DNA of 62,527 nucleotides, counting the filler, from Sphacelaria rigidula (taxonomy: Eukaryota), in assembly GCA_964200075.2 (NCBI GenBank). It is 5 parts of 5 records of this genome, joined end to end, with 100 filler letters (N's around TTAATTAATTAA, not from the genome) between each part and the next. Parts side by side here need not be neighbours in the genome. Positions count along the whole stretch, not along the records: positions 25,054 to 37,478 come from CAXNAA020003787.1; positions 37,579 to 50,003 come from CAXNAA020003788.1; 3 more parts are not named here. One strand, 5' to 3'. The translations under genes and the position numbers were made by a program. The notes beneath the pieces were generated by a model. It was given only the letters and a program-made list of their open reading frames with translations, was not told the origin of the DNA and did no database searches. Each line of letters opens with the position of its first letter. Position 1 is the first letter of the stretch. This document shows, in pieces, positions 25,241-37,675 of the stretch.

Positions 25241-26280
25241 TGTGGGGGGGGGGTGGACGTCCGGTGCATAACTTGGTCGAAGTCGGTTTCATAGCAAGTG
25301 GTGCGGAAACAGAACTCTACTATTGGAGCGATGTCGTTGCCCCCTTACTTCCTACAGCGTGCGTTTATATGCGCAGTGGGCACGCTCGTCACAAGATATG
25401 AAAGATACGGACGGTATTGCATGTCGAGAGTGATATACACCACTAAGATTACTATGCCGAAAGGACTGTGAAAGAGATGAAGAGTTGGGGCACATGTCTA
25501 TCTATCTCTATCTCTGTCTCTATCTCTATCTATCTCTCTTTATAAATAGCAATACCGGCATACCTCGAACATGGTGATACATGGGAAGGAGGTACCAATA
25601 CCTGTTTTAAAAGGTGGACTGGAGTCTTATGTAAAGGCGGATGGAGGATACTTGCGGAGTGAGTGAGGAGATCGGGTTTTCCATGGTCTCCGACAGTAGC
25701 CGAACATTATTTACTGTATTTCTTAGAACAATATATCGGGTTGAAAACACATCGGGTCAAAAATACACTGGGTTTAAACGGAATACAACGCAAAAGCTCA
25801 ACTCCTGGCTCGTACAGCGTTGCAAGCCAATCTCGGAGGGTCATCCCATAGGCCGCATGCTTCGGATGTCTTGAATTACCCGTGTATTCCAATCTGCCAT
25901 ATGAACCCTTCGAAGAGCGACAAATATCAAGAAAAATACTCAGGCGTCAGTGAGCGAGCGCTCCGTTTGTGTCGCCACACACTTGCCAAATTTCGAACAA
26001 AACGCTTTTTCTCAAATCCTGAACTGAAAGCACGAGGTTCTGTGATCCAAACGTTTGCTCTCATCATCACGTGATTTGTTCTCACTTCCTCGACCAATTA
26101 ACTCTCGCCGCAAAACATGTCCGCAAAACGAGCAGCATTTCCACTGCATGTTCCCATTCCGCAAGTCTCCAAAAATTAGGTGCTCATTCCCGGAATTCAA
26201 AATACGAGCCCGTGTGGTTCTAGCTAGCTCCTCAGTACCAAAGGCAAGTCGATACCCAGAAAACGCCTGTGTTTCTTTAC

Positions 26281-26643
26281 CTGTACGTCCCCAGTTCCTC
26301 AATGTCAAAGCTCAGTTCTGATTCGTGGTTCGTCTTTTCCCCCTCCGTCGTTTCTTCAGCGGTGGCAACAAGAGGACGGTAATCTACAGCAAATACTCCT
26401 TCCAGGTTACCCGCCATCTCTCCGACGCGAACCAGGCGCACATGCGGAGAAGTGCAGCGCCACCACCCGCCTCCTCCTCCTGAGTGGTTCAACGATTTGG
26501 AGACGGGGGGGGGGGGGGGGGGGGGGTGGGGGTTACACGCCTTAGCTTGTGGCGGGNNNNNNNNNNCCCCGGCGGAAAAACGGGCCCACGGCGGGGAGGG
26601 GACCCCCCCCCCCCCCCCCCCCCCCCTGGGGGGGTTAAAAGGT

Positions 26644-26674
<31 letters not shown>

Positions 26675-28447
26675 GTAGTGGTTACATGCCTTAGCTGTTC
26701 GACGGACGGTCACGTGTCCTCAATAAGGAGCATTCGGCACAGAACAGGGGCAGTGCAATTATGATTATGCATGCCGCAGTCAACGGACCGTTGACTTCGT
26801 ATCCCTACGAAGCCGGGGCGGAGCACGCCGGGTTTTCGCCGAACCAGGGTCGCAATCACCAAGAGCGGAGCGCGGTGATGTGTTCGGCAAGTCGCACGAG
26901 GGGTGACCTGCATCCGGCTATGATTATTCGACCCGAAGCGTACTGATTATCTTACATATGGATGACAGCCTACAATGAGCTGCTTCGTTTTCTGGTATCG
27001 CCCCTTCCAGAGACAACCACGAGTTACAAAATGCCTCATGAGTATCTCCCCATTTCACCAGCGCGTATTAGGACCACCCTCTTTTCATCTAACTCAACAA
27101 CAACTCATGGTTACCGCGCAAGACGGGAGGGTGGGAGAGAGGGGGGCGTACTCATTTGTTGCTTGCCTTAGTCGTTTGACTATTGACCACGCATCCCTTT
27201 CGAGACGNNNNGGGGGGCGGTGGGGGGGGGGGGGGGGGGGGGGGGGGGGAAGCGTGTTCGTATTGCACACGCCTCACTATTACGCAGCGACGCGAACGTT
27301 CTAGCCATTTGGTGTTGGTTTGGTCCGGTCATTCCTATGAAAGGTATCGACCCTGCTTAGAATTATGTTGCTTTCTTGACCTTCCTTGCAGGTTCTTCCT
27401 GTGTTCCCGTGCCCTACATCGTCTACACGTTTGTCTGTGTGTGGGGTATTCCTATATAAGCTTTCGGCCCGAATACAAGGTCCCAATCCCTGTTCGTTCT
27501 GGTTGCGCTACCTATAAATAGTACACCCCCCTTTGCACATTGGACGTTTTCTACGATAGCCCCCCCCCAAAGTGCCTGATGTGAGGAGGAAAAACCTTCA
27601 TGTAAATTGAAATAGAAAAGGCCGAGCACAACGAGCAGCTGGGAATTCCTACGCTTGGATTCGTTCTCGCCGATGTCGCCCATATGAGGCGCTTCATGCA
27701 GCCTGAACCGGAACATCAGGCGCTGTACAACCATTTTTTTCGTGACACTTTTGGGCTGGTTTGGGGGGGGTATCATAGAAAGTGTCATTGGTAGTGGCTC
27801 TCTCCTAAACTTCCTAGCGATACTTCCTGCTGGCGTTGTGCAGGGCTACCTCGACTGTACACCCATCTCTTTATCGTTGATCGGACGCTGTAGTATGCAG
27901 GCACTTGCAATACATCGGTCGAGTACGAAGCCCCCATTTTTTGTTGGTTTTGTGTAGGGTTACCCACTGTATCCCCCCCCCACACACATTATTTTTGATC
28001 GACTTTTTTACGGCATCAACACTGTCTATGGTCCCCATATAATGCCCCGTTCTCGATTGGCATTGTGTGAGGCTACCTACATTATGTTTTGTACCCTCCT
28101 CTGTGCTCCGTTTGGTCGATCGGCTCACCTGCCAATGCTGCCTCCCCTCCTACATTGTTGTTGTTGTTGGTGGTGGTGGTGGTGGGGTTGTCGGTGGGGG
28201 TTGTCGGGAAAGTGATGGGCTCATTCGGTCCGAGGGGGTTCGCTACTGTGATGAGGCGGCGAGTCACGCTGCGCACTGAACCCTCGAATTCCAGAGTTTC
28301 CTGGTTTGTTGAAGAGCACGGAAGTGCGTCCGAAAATACGCAAGTACGGCACGCAAGTACATATGTGCGCGAATACGCACGGGCGTTCTAATTGCGCGCA
28401 CATGGGTGAGTGGTATTCTGTACAAAATGAGCTGGTCTTCTTGTGTT

Positions 28448-28497
<50 letters not shown>

Positions 28498-29090
28498 ATA
28501 ATGATGATGATTATTGCCATTGTCATCACGAAGATTGTGTTGCGCGACGTTCGGTGGGGATGCTGCAGGGGGTTTGAGACGGAGAGTTACCTTTTGGTGC
28601 TGTACAACTGAGATACGGCGTTTGGGTGCTGCTCAGAATACAACACGGGATTGTACAAATTGCGAATGGTTTTGGTTTTGAGGATGGGCCTTGGGAACCT
28701 TCATGAGCATCGATATACTGTCGAAAAAAGCCAAATGCACTCTCCGGCCGTGAGGTGTGGCCTTGATCATCCTCAAGATAAAAGTCACCCGCAATTCGTA
28801 AAGTGCCGTACCAACAGGGAAACTCTGAATAACCGGAACGACATTTTTGCGTGCGAATGAACGGAGGTCGAAATAGTTCGGAATAAACACGGGAGTTTAG
28901 GAATTGGGGGTGGCTTCGTTTTCGAGGACGAGCGAGGTACCGCATCACGGCCGAAGTGTGCATCTGCGTTTTTATCTCGACAATATTTCGATGCTCATGA
29001 AATTTCCCAAGGCTCATCTTGATACAAAATCCATCCGCAATTTATCACATCCCGTGCTATATGCTGTCAGCAGCATACACAACTGAAAAT

Positions 29091-29154
<64 letters not shown>

Positions 29155-32100
29155 TGTTGAAGCTGACCGCAGAAGCGGGCGCAACCTACCATATCACGTG
29201 GACAGCATGACGTCAAGTGGACAACTAGAAGGCTACCCGCAAGCACCTGCTGTGAAGTCCCAACCCCTGCACATTTGGATCGGCGCGGAATAATGGGCTA
29301 AACGTTACTCTACAACTGCGGTTCTCATTATGTGATGTATACCGACGGAAATATCGTTGACGATACGTGACAAATATTTCCAAATTATTCGTTATTTTTC
29401 GTCTCGGCTCGGGTACTACTCATCTGTTTCCTGTGGAATCGATCGGTCCGTATTTTCTACAAATCGCCGCACCCCGGTGGTCGAATATTTTTTTTGTTTT
29501 TCCCAGAAGACAGACAGGAACCCTTGCCGTGTATTTCGCCAACTCGAGTTTGGCATAGCGCCTTTGACCGCCGGGGCGCTTCCGCCCCGCTTCCGGGCAT
29601 TCTCGGGATCTACCCTCAAGCACACTTCCCCGCGTTATCAGGGTGTGTCCTCAAGTAAACCCGTCATGATTGCTGGTACGCTGTACGGGTGGCCACCAAG
29701 GCAGGGCATACTCTCTCCCTGCCCAGGTAGACTCGGAGCATCACCGAGTGAACCTTTCCTCCGCTACCTCGGCTCGGCTCTGTACACCAGTCACCCTGCC
29801 CACTTGGGTTTCGGTGCTCGGTGGCCTAATCGGTATATCGAAGCTACAGCAGTCTGGGCATCTCTACTCGTTTCGAATCTCGACAACATCATATTTTCCC
29901 CTGGCCCTCATGGTCCGAAAACGAGAGAATGATATCTTGCGTATTTACACGGATAAAGGTGGACGGGGTGCGCGAGTGCTGATAGGAGGCGTGCATGATC
30001 CATAGCCCGATGTTCGGCGGCAGAATTCAAGCCAGGTGCTAGGGAAGAGATGGATTGAAGCCTTGAGACGATGGGCTCGTCCAGAGGAACGAGGGCATCG
30101 CAGCTATGACAACAGAGATACTCTCATGCTAAAGCAAAATTAAAGATCGGGCTGGCAACCACACCGCAAAAAAAAAACGGAATTCGGTAAAGACAAAGAT
30201 GTGTTTCGTGCGGTGGCGATTAAGGACAACTGTCCGCTGCGGTGACTTCCACATCCTCCGCATACCATAGGATATTTTATTCAGGGCAAAGCCGCGGCAT
30301 TTGGCTGTCATACCGCGACGACAACTGAAGCCGCAGCAGACCCGTGAAGACTGCCTATCTAGAAAGTCCCGCAAAATAATATAATCGAAGAGTAAATCCT
30401 TCAGAGACCACGGTCTACGGACCGCTAGAAACATTTATCCGAGGGTGGTCGTTAGCAGATATGGTCGAACTCATGGGTAGTGGCCAAGCGGTAACATGGT
30501 CGGAAATGCACGTCTCCTGATTTCAGTTTGCGGTGGCCGTCACGATCACGGGGACATTCATCGCTTGTCCAGTACGTGTTTCGGACGAATCACTCGACTT
30601 CAGCTAAAAACAAACTGAACACCCCCCCTCTCCCTACTCAGATCCGTGGCGAGGTAAGCCAGAATTCAGACGGAAGACGAAAAGTCAAACAAGGAAGGCC
30701 TCGCTCCACTCCACACACGTTTTGCGCGTAAGGGCTGTCTGACGAATGCAACAGCTGACGTATGGCTGCCATCAGTTACCACGTCTCACATCTAACGCTA
30801 CTATGCTTCATTGCTGTAGAAGGGTAGCTGCCTTGCGTTGCCCACGCAAGAGCAGCAGCAGCAGCAGTAGCAGCAGCAGCACTGATTGGATGTTAGTGGG
30901 CTTCACTGTATAACCGGTCGCCCCGGTGGCTCAGTTGGTAACCTCGTAACCTTCTGACGGTTGAGTAGTGGGGTTCGATTCCCGTAGCGATCTGAGATCT
31001 TTTCTCACACCATGCCCAACAGTGGAAAGCGACTATATCGTGTGTACACAAAATTCGAGTTAACGGTCGACGAGGGAAAAGTACTGCTGAGCCCCTTTCG
31101 CGATAAAAAATATAGGCAAGCACCGCAGAAGGAAGGTGGGGTATTAAAAGTAGATAAAGAAGAAAAAGCTCCTGTGTTGACCTTCCTCCTGTGTGATCCC
31201 GGCTGATGCGCCCACACATACCGAAACGTGTAGACTGGCGCCCAGAATAAATGGGACGACAACACACTACACTGTGCAGAATTTGCATCTAGTACAAGAG
31301 GTACCGTGCTGCCCAGTGGGTTGAACATATGCACGAGAGTTTCGCATTTGGTTTTTCCGCCAGGGGTTTGCCACGCACATGGTGGCTCTAGTACCGCAGC
31401 AGGATGGTGATGGGCAGTGCATCCGAACAAATGTTTAGTATAAGGATAGCTGTACCCTATGTTTCGCTGATTATATGATGACAGGTCATCATTTGTTCAA
31501 ATACATCGTACTGTACGGCAGGTGATGTGTTGTGCAGCGCGCGGACTTGAAGGGGTAGTGCGGGAAGGTGTCACGGCCCCCTGATAAGTCGGAAACAAGA
31601 AGTGAAGAACAAGAGTTGAAACAACCTGGCTTGATGCACGGCTGTCTGTGCCTTTCGTTGCTGAAGGGCAGAATAAGACCTGATGTAGTCGATACCGTGA
31701 AATGACCTGCAAAATTCTGGTAGTATTAACTTTACGGAGAATACGTCTTCACCCGGAGGACCCCGCCTTGAATTGCGGCGTACTTTGAAAGTACCTGAAT
31801 TCCCGGCGCGGTCGCTGTCAGTGTCAACTCGTGAAAGAGATACTCGTCCGTTTTGTCGTTTGTGAAGTAGACCGTCGCCGACAGGGTGCCTTCGATAAAC
31901 GCCAGAAATCGTAACGCGAATTCTTTCGTCGCAAGCGCCGGAACCTGCTTGCATTACGCCGCGAGCGGTCCGTGTGTGTCATGACTGTATGCTCCCGATT
32001 CAATACGGGTGCAACATATTTATATAGAGCACGCGCCAGGCATTATTCGTTTGCGGTATACATAGTACTGTTGTTTCATATTTGACGCGCCGTACTTCGT

Positions 32101-35100
32101 TTGCAAGTTGCACAGATTTTCAATATATTCTATTTCAAGCCGTCCTGTAGTGTGGCACAACGCCCTGTTATGTGAGTCGTTGATGTTAACGTGATAACCC
32201 TGGACGGAAACCCTACTCCTATGTTTCGCATCATCTCACCTCAATTGTCTTTGCGCCCGATAGCGTTGTCGATGGCCGTGCGCCGTTTCCGAGCACCACC
32301 TTCATCGTAAATCTTTGCGAGGGAGGAAGAGGCAAGGAACGCGGAAATCGACTAAATATGACGGCACTACGGACCAACGACTATAAGTCATCTGTTTACC
32401 ACGAGCACAGGATGCAAAGTATGCCTGCTGTCACGAACGCTACTTTTCAATGGCAGCATATCCCACGTTAATCACTCCCGAAGACACCCGGTAGTGATTG
32501 CCCGGAAATATGTTTTTTGGACTTCCGTCTAGTACTATTGCAGACCTCGCGCCAAATCTATTTTGTTTTCTGCAGACCTTTGAGGGCGCCTCAGCCAGTT
32601 GGACACCGGCACCGTAAACGCGAGGGCAGTCTTTGCGGGGGTTTCCAATTCCACTGTAGATGCAGCCTGCGCCATTCCACAATAGCAGGGACGGAGGTTT
32701 CAAAAGAATAGTCGCATGTGCCTACTCACTCGAGGATCAAATCATGACACTCTAGCTTGATAAGTGGAGCCTTCCTGACGCCACCGTGGGGTCGTTCAAC
32801 GGTAGGGGGTAGAAGGTGGGGGGTGGGGAGGCGGGATCAGCGCACTGCTACGTGAACCTAACTGCTCCACTCGCGGTGTCCTCGTTGCGGCTCAAACAAC
32901 CGAGGGTTTCTGGCGGTGCTGTGGTGGCGATAATCCCACTATCCCCCATCGCTGATCAATTTACCTCCGGATCTGCCGCCACCCCCTCCAGTCGGTAGAG
33001 CACCGCACCGCCGTCTGGAAGCGCGAAGAACAGCGATCCTGATAGTCGAAACGGTTTCCCGTCCTCCCCCACGTGAGGCATGTTTTCTCCGTTCTCTCCG
33101 TTCGCTTCTCTGTCCACTTGTGGGCTCGAGGCAGCAGGAGCGGGAGACGTTGATGTCATTGCGAGTGGTGTAAACTCGACCGTGTAGTCAGCCTTGCCCT
33201 TTGCGGGAACCTACGGGCCCGGTAGGGAAGCAGTGGTTGCGGTCGGTTGTGGCAGAGGGGGCGGAGGTGTATTCATGATCTTGCATGGTCATCAGACCAT
33301 GGACCTCACATCCCTACAAAACCGAAATGGTGCACGTCGGGTGTTCGCCGGACCAGGCTCGCACTCAATCACCAATCGCGAAGCGCTGTGATATGTTCGA
33401 CGAGTCGCATGAAGGGTGACCTGCATCCAGCTGTGATCGTTCAGCCCGAAGCCTACTGATCATCTTGCATATGGACGACAGTCTGTGATGAGTTGCTTCA
33501 TTTTCTGGCCTCGCCACTTCCAGGAACAGCCACGGGTTACACACGGCATCATGGGTAGCTCGCCATTTAAACTCTACGTAGTACGATAATCGCCTTTGCC
33601 CCCGGAGTTTGGGTTTTCCCACCTCGTACATTATGGTCTAGCTCGGCCACCATCATGGTGACCGCAGAAACAACGCAAGCGAAAAAAAACGTTGACCTGG
33701 TTGCCCAGCTTTCGCAGTGAGTGGCGTGTTTCACGGCGTCGTTGCTAACCGACGCAAACCGGCGCGTGGAGGGGGGGGAGGGAGGCAGACGGGGAAATGA
33801 AAACTGCAGTCAGATTTTGACACGTGATCTACCTTATCCAAGACTGGGTGGGCATGTTGATCATAAATGACAAAAAAATGACGTAATAAACTGGGGGCGA
33901 ACCCGTTCGTGAGATTCCTAACCCATCAATCAATCAGATCATAAGAAGCAATAGCTGAGTCATGGTGGAAATTATGAATCATCGAACAAATGAGCCCGTT
34001 TGATCCGTCACCTGCAGCTGCCCGGCTCCGTTCCAGTGCTCCCCCTTAAGCACCGGGGAAATGAACCAATTCTTGTCGGTGGGGTTCTCGATGGTTACCG
34101 ATTCCGTAGCGGTAACTCTCGCACGAGACGTGAAGGAAAGTAGATGCACACAGTCGGCCGGTTGCGGTACACAAGACCCTGTGAGGGTAAGCGCCAACGG
34201 CGTGTGTCCCTGTAGAGGGGTGACATCGTCGTGGAACTAAAATAAGCAAGAATGTTTCAGTGATGGAGAAGGACGGGGATGTCATTGGTGCGCCGTGGGT
34301 GTTCGATATTTCGAGGCCACTCTGCGGCGTCCTCACATCGATGTACAGGGCAACACCGTTTTCTGAATGCTACACAGTACGGTGACGACATTGGTATGCA
34401 ACAGATCCAAGGATAATCGAGCGCGGGGTGGAGGCTGGCACATACGTTCGTCCACGGTCCACCGGAGTGAGAACAATCGCCAACAACGACTGCCTTGTGT
34501 TCAAAAAAGGGCTAGTGCTATAAAACGATTGTATTCAACGTACTTCACCTCGATCAGGCACATGACCCCCTCCTGCCTGATGTCGTCATCAACGCCCACT
34601 GGCGTAAAGACCACGTCTATTGCCGTTTCCGTGAGCGGGGCCACCATGCCTTCGAGCGGGGATACGGTAAAGTGCCGGCTGAACGTAGCCTCATTCCACC
34701 TGTAAAGACCAATCAGTGCATTTGCGCAGCCACAACATCATCGGAATGTGTTGTCGTCCCGTCTATTCTGGACGCCGGTCTACACCTTTCGGTACATGCG
34801 GGCGCACCAGCCGTGGTCACATACTTCCTCTGTCCCATAAGTCTGGTCGGTTATGTTTATACGAGCCCTTAACGGTGTCCGCTTTGATTTTCGATTTTTT
34901 ATTGCATTCGTTGGCGTTTTTTTAGTTAAAAATACCATTCTTTCTACAACGTGGGTGCTCAACGCGTGCAGTCTCACGATCGAGAAAAAGTACGTCGGTC
35001 AAAAAAAGGTAATTTTTCGCTCTTTTCCCCAGTAAGCATGGGGGATCCGGGAACACGAAAAATCGCGAAAAACCGTGAAAAAACCGTGAAAATCGCAAAA

Positions 35101-37243
35101 GAACCATTGATTTTTTATATCTCCGTGACGTTAACCTACGCACGCCCCATCAAACACACGTTCAGCATGTAATCGCTAGTGTTTGATGTAAAAACGTCCA
35201 AAATTGGTCAATATTGGGGTATACATGGACCAAAAATGGGCCAAAAAATCGGCGTATTTTGATGTCATTTTGGTATAGACCACTAATGTTATATTTATTT
35301 ATTATTTTTGCATCAGCTTCGTTGGCGCTTCATCTTTCCTACGAACCCAACAATGGGATCATCGAAAGAGTTTGAATGCGCGAACGATTAAAAGCCCATA
35401 ACCGACCAGACTTATGGGACAGAGGAAGTAGGAGCAAGTCCAACACAGGAGTTGTTTGTTCGTTTGTTTGTTGCAGTTCTCCATCTTCCTCCTGTGGTGC
35501 TTGCCTTTTATCTTTTATCGCGAGAGGGGTGCAGCACTCTCTTTCCCTCGTCGACCATTAGGTCGAATTTGTGTACCCACGACATAGTCGCTCTCCACTG
35601 TTGGGGCATTGTGTGAGAAAACATCCCGGGTCGCTCCAAGATTTGAACCCACGACCCAACCGTCAGAGGGTTTCGAGGTTACCAACTGAGTCACCGGGGC
35701 GACCGGAGTGTAACCAGCTTTGTTGCGTGCAAACTCACGGTGGCCCAAATAGCGGTACTCAACATTCAGAAAATGCGACCGAATAAACCTTTTCTCTGCC
35801 CGGGCACGTCGAAACCAAGGCGTGTTCCCTCGGAGTGAGGCGTCGTGCAGGAAAATAGCAACATTGACAAGGTGTTTATACACAAGCATTCCCGAAAATT
35901 ACGGTAATCGGGAAGCAAAAAACAGCCATGAAAGTCATCAGGCCAGTTGCCCTTGAATCAAAAGAGTTATCCCAGATCACAGCACTGAAAAATATGGGGG
36001 GGGGGGAAAAACGTGTGGATTCAACGTGGGTGTCCGCGAGTCATGCGCGCAACAGCCATGCATTTGCACGGTCACGGCATCTATCAGAAAATCGAAATGA
36101 AGCATGGCTTCCCACTCGCAGCAGCATCCGAGACAGTAGCGACCAGTAAAACCTTTTTCCAGACCAAGCATCGTCTCATAGCACGGCCTGTATTCACGCC
36201 CAAAACGCCCCACCTCCCCAGCTTGGGTGGATGCTAGCTGAAACCCCTGGAGGTGCCTCGAAGTCCCTAAGCTTTATCAGCTTCCTGTGTACCTGTACGT
36301 ACCTAAACCTTGCGGGCAGGTCCCCTCTGTTCTCGAGCGACAAGCGCTGGGTGCGTTGACTGCCCGCGCAAACGGTTCCGAAAGGAAGTGTGTCTACCCC
36401 AAGAGCCACATCCATGCCAGTGCTTTGGCCGGAAATAGATAGCATGGGGCGTGACTCAGAGGTAGCCCCGGCCCGCACATAGAGGGTTTCCGTAAACGCA
36501 GGCATTCTTGCCTCGGGGTAGAAGTACACCTGCTCATGTGTCACATGCGTGTTTAGTGCGCAGGGATTGGGCGACACTGGAGATAAAAAGGTCGAACCAC
36601 CTACCAGGTGTGCACATACTCCGGATATCAAAATATTTTGTCTCAAGTAAGCGCTCGACCAAACTATGAGCACTCAGCTGCTGATACTTTCGCAGAATTC
36701 GTGTGCTTGCACTAGCGCTGACGTGTAATCCTTCCTGTAATAACACAATGTATAACCATCGATATTGGTATCCGTGGAGCACAGTGGATGAAATCCTTGC
36801 GGTAGTCAAGAAGTGAACACCGAATCTTCTAGCAGCATGTCTTTTGTTTTTATCGGGATTCGAGATATCTGGACCCGTCCTTTAGATGCGAGATAGATCT
36901 GGGGCAGTGAGCGGAATCAAATAACTCCAGCCGACGAGATACCGCCTGTCCAGATTGTTTCTTGCAGATCGACAAATCGTCTCAAAGGGAACCACTAACG
37001 CTTAGGAAACTGCACCAGGGGTACCCCGGGAAAAGAACTACTAGGTGTTTATCAAGGTGGAAAGTGTTTCCGAGAAGGTTGTCAACGGTTTACCTCAATC
37101 ATCGTGCTCTCTCGCGATCCCAGCACGGTAGGAATGGCGGGGGAAAAGGTCACCCCTTTCCCTGCCAGTCGTCCAACGCTGAGATCTTCCATGTCCATCA
37201 GTTCGAACTCGATCGACCGTTTCGATCGATTCATGACTTTCAC
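26281..37243 (-). CDS. HYDIN: Hydin (axonemal central-pair protein), C-terminal ASH/Ig-like region; partial, 10 exons
   Basis: GT-AG, phase-consistent exons: 37243-37094, 36529-36303, 34699-34549, 34209-34012, 33210-32965, 32666-32578, 32312-32240, 31944-31795, 28300-28129, 26479-26281. Motifs LPFGTVC...LENRGDLPARFRW, VSPLEG, LTLTGSC, FFALPDG..LY.LEG, VSNWLRRPQRF, FTND.T.EYLF and ITVANPL match the Hydin C-terminus. Confidence 0.88.
26750..27055 (+). repeat. Intronic interspersed repeat (about 300 bp); copies at 33267-33570 (+) and 55070-55190 (-, partial)
   Basis: Shared ATCCCTAC.AA...GGGTGACCTGCATCC.GCT.TGAT..T...CCCGAAGC.TACTGAT.ATCTT.CATATGGA. Confidence 0.8.
27543..27786. mobile_element. 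MITE, GAC...GATAGCCCCCC family (copy 2), in a Hydin intron
   Basis: TSD ATTG at 27539-27542 and 27787-27790. Internal homology to 21449-21700. Confidence 0.88.
28642..29058. mobile_element. Foldback MITE related to the AACACGGGAT family
   Basis: Ends AACACGGGATTGTACAAATTGCG / CGCAATTTATCACATCCCGTGCT, long imperfect arms, TSD ATAC/ATAT (one mismatch). Confidence 0.75.
29093..29152. repeat. (CA)n microsatellite
   Basis: Directly visible. Other SSRs: (GCT)n about 28450-28495, (TG)n about 54040-54094, (GATT)n about 60255-60300. Confidence 0.95.
30913..31266 (+). mobile_element. tRNA-derived SINE (family A)
   Basis: Box A TGGCTCAGTTGG, box B GGTTCGATTCC, anticodon-like arm AACC-TTCTGAC-GGTT, then a body of about 280 bp shared with 34745-35706 and 54095-54460. 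Confidence 0.8.
34745..35706 (-). mobile_element. tRNA-derived SINE (family A), interrupted by a MITE
   Basis: Reverse-complement homology to 30913-31266 on both sides of 34824-35428. Confidence 0.8.
34824..35428. mobile_element. Tc1/mariner (Stowaway-like) MITE
   Basis: Perfect 32-bp TIR CTTCCTCTGTCCCATAAGTCTGGTCGGTTATG. TA TSD at 34822-34823 and 35429-35430. Confidence 0.9.
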
Positions 37244-37407
37244 CTACAATTTGTAACAGATAAACAGCAGCATGAGTGGACGTCGAGTACAGTACGTATC
37301 ATGATCTGCATTCCCGACAACGGTGACACATATGTTAGTTCGAGTACCGTTCTCGGAGTGGTCGAAAGGGCGACTTGGAATCTTAGCACCACCACGTGGT
37401 GCATTTG

Positions 37408-37450
<43 letters not shown>

Positions 37451-37478
37451 ACCCCACACCCACAAACGACAAAAACTA

Positions 37479-37578
37479 NNNNNNNNNNNNNNNNNNNNNN
37501 NNNNNNNNNNNNNNNNNNNNNNTTAATTAATTAANNNNNNNNNNNNNNNNNNNNNNNNNNNNNNNNNNNNNNNNNNNN
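37479..37578. other. Artificial contig linker
   Basis: N44-TTAATTAATTAA-N44. Confidence 0.98.
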
Positions 37579-37635
37579 TGGTATGCTCCTCACACTCTGT
37601 GACCGCGGGTTCGAGAGATCGAGCTAATGTTACGG

Positions 37636-37675
<40 letters not shown>

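Noticed and set aside
26500-26675. Gly/Pro-rich ORFs and G-quadruplex candidates in poly-G/poly-C runs (also 24860-24900, 27210-27250, 37410-37450, 62418-62490)
   Set aside because: Homopolymer tracts next to Ns or contig ends. The sequence is unreliable and non-coding.
29357-29932. 191-aa ORF within a Hydin intron
   Set aside because: TTG start and no recognisable domain; probably repeat-derived.
30920-30995. Functional tRNA genes (also 49900-49975)
   Set aside because: No proper acceptor stem. The heads match dispersed repeat copies, so they are SINE heads.
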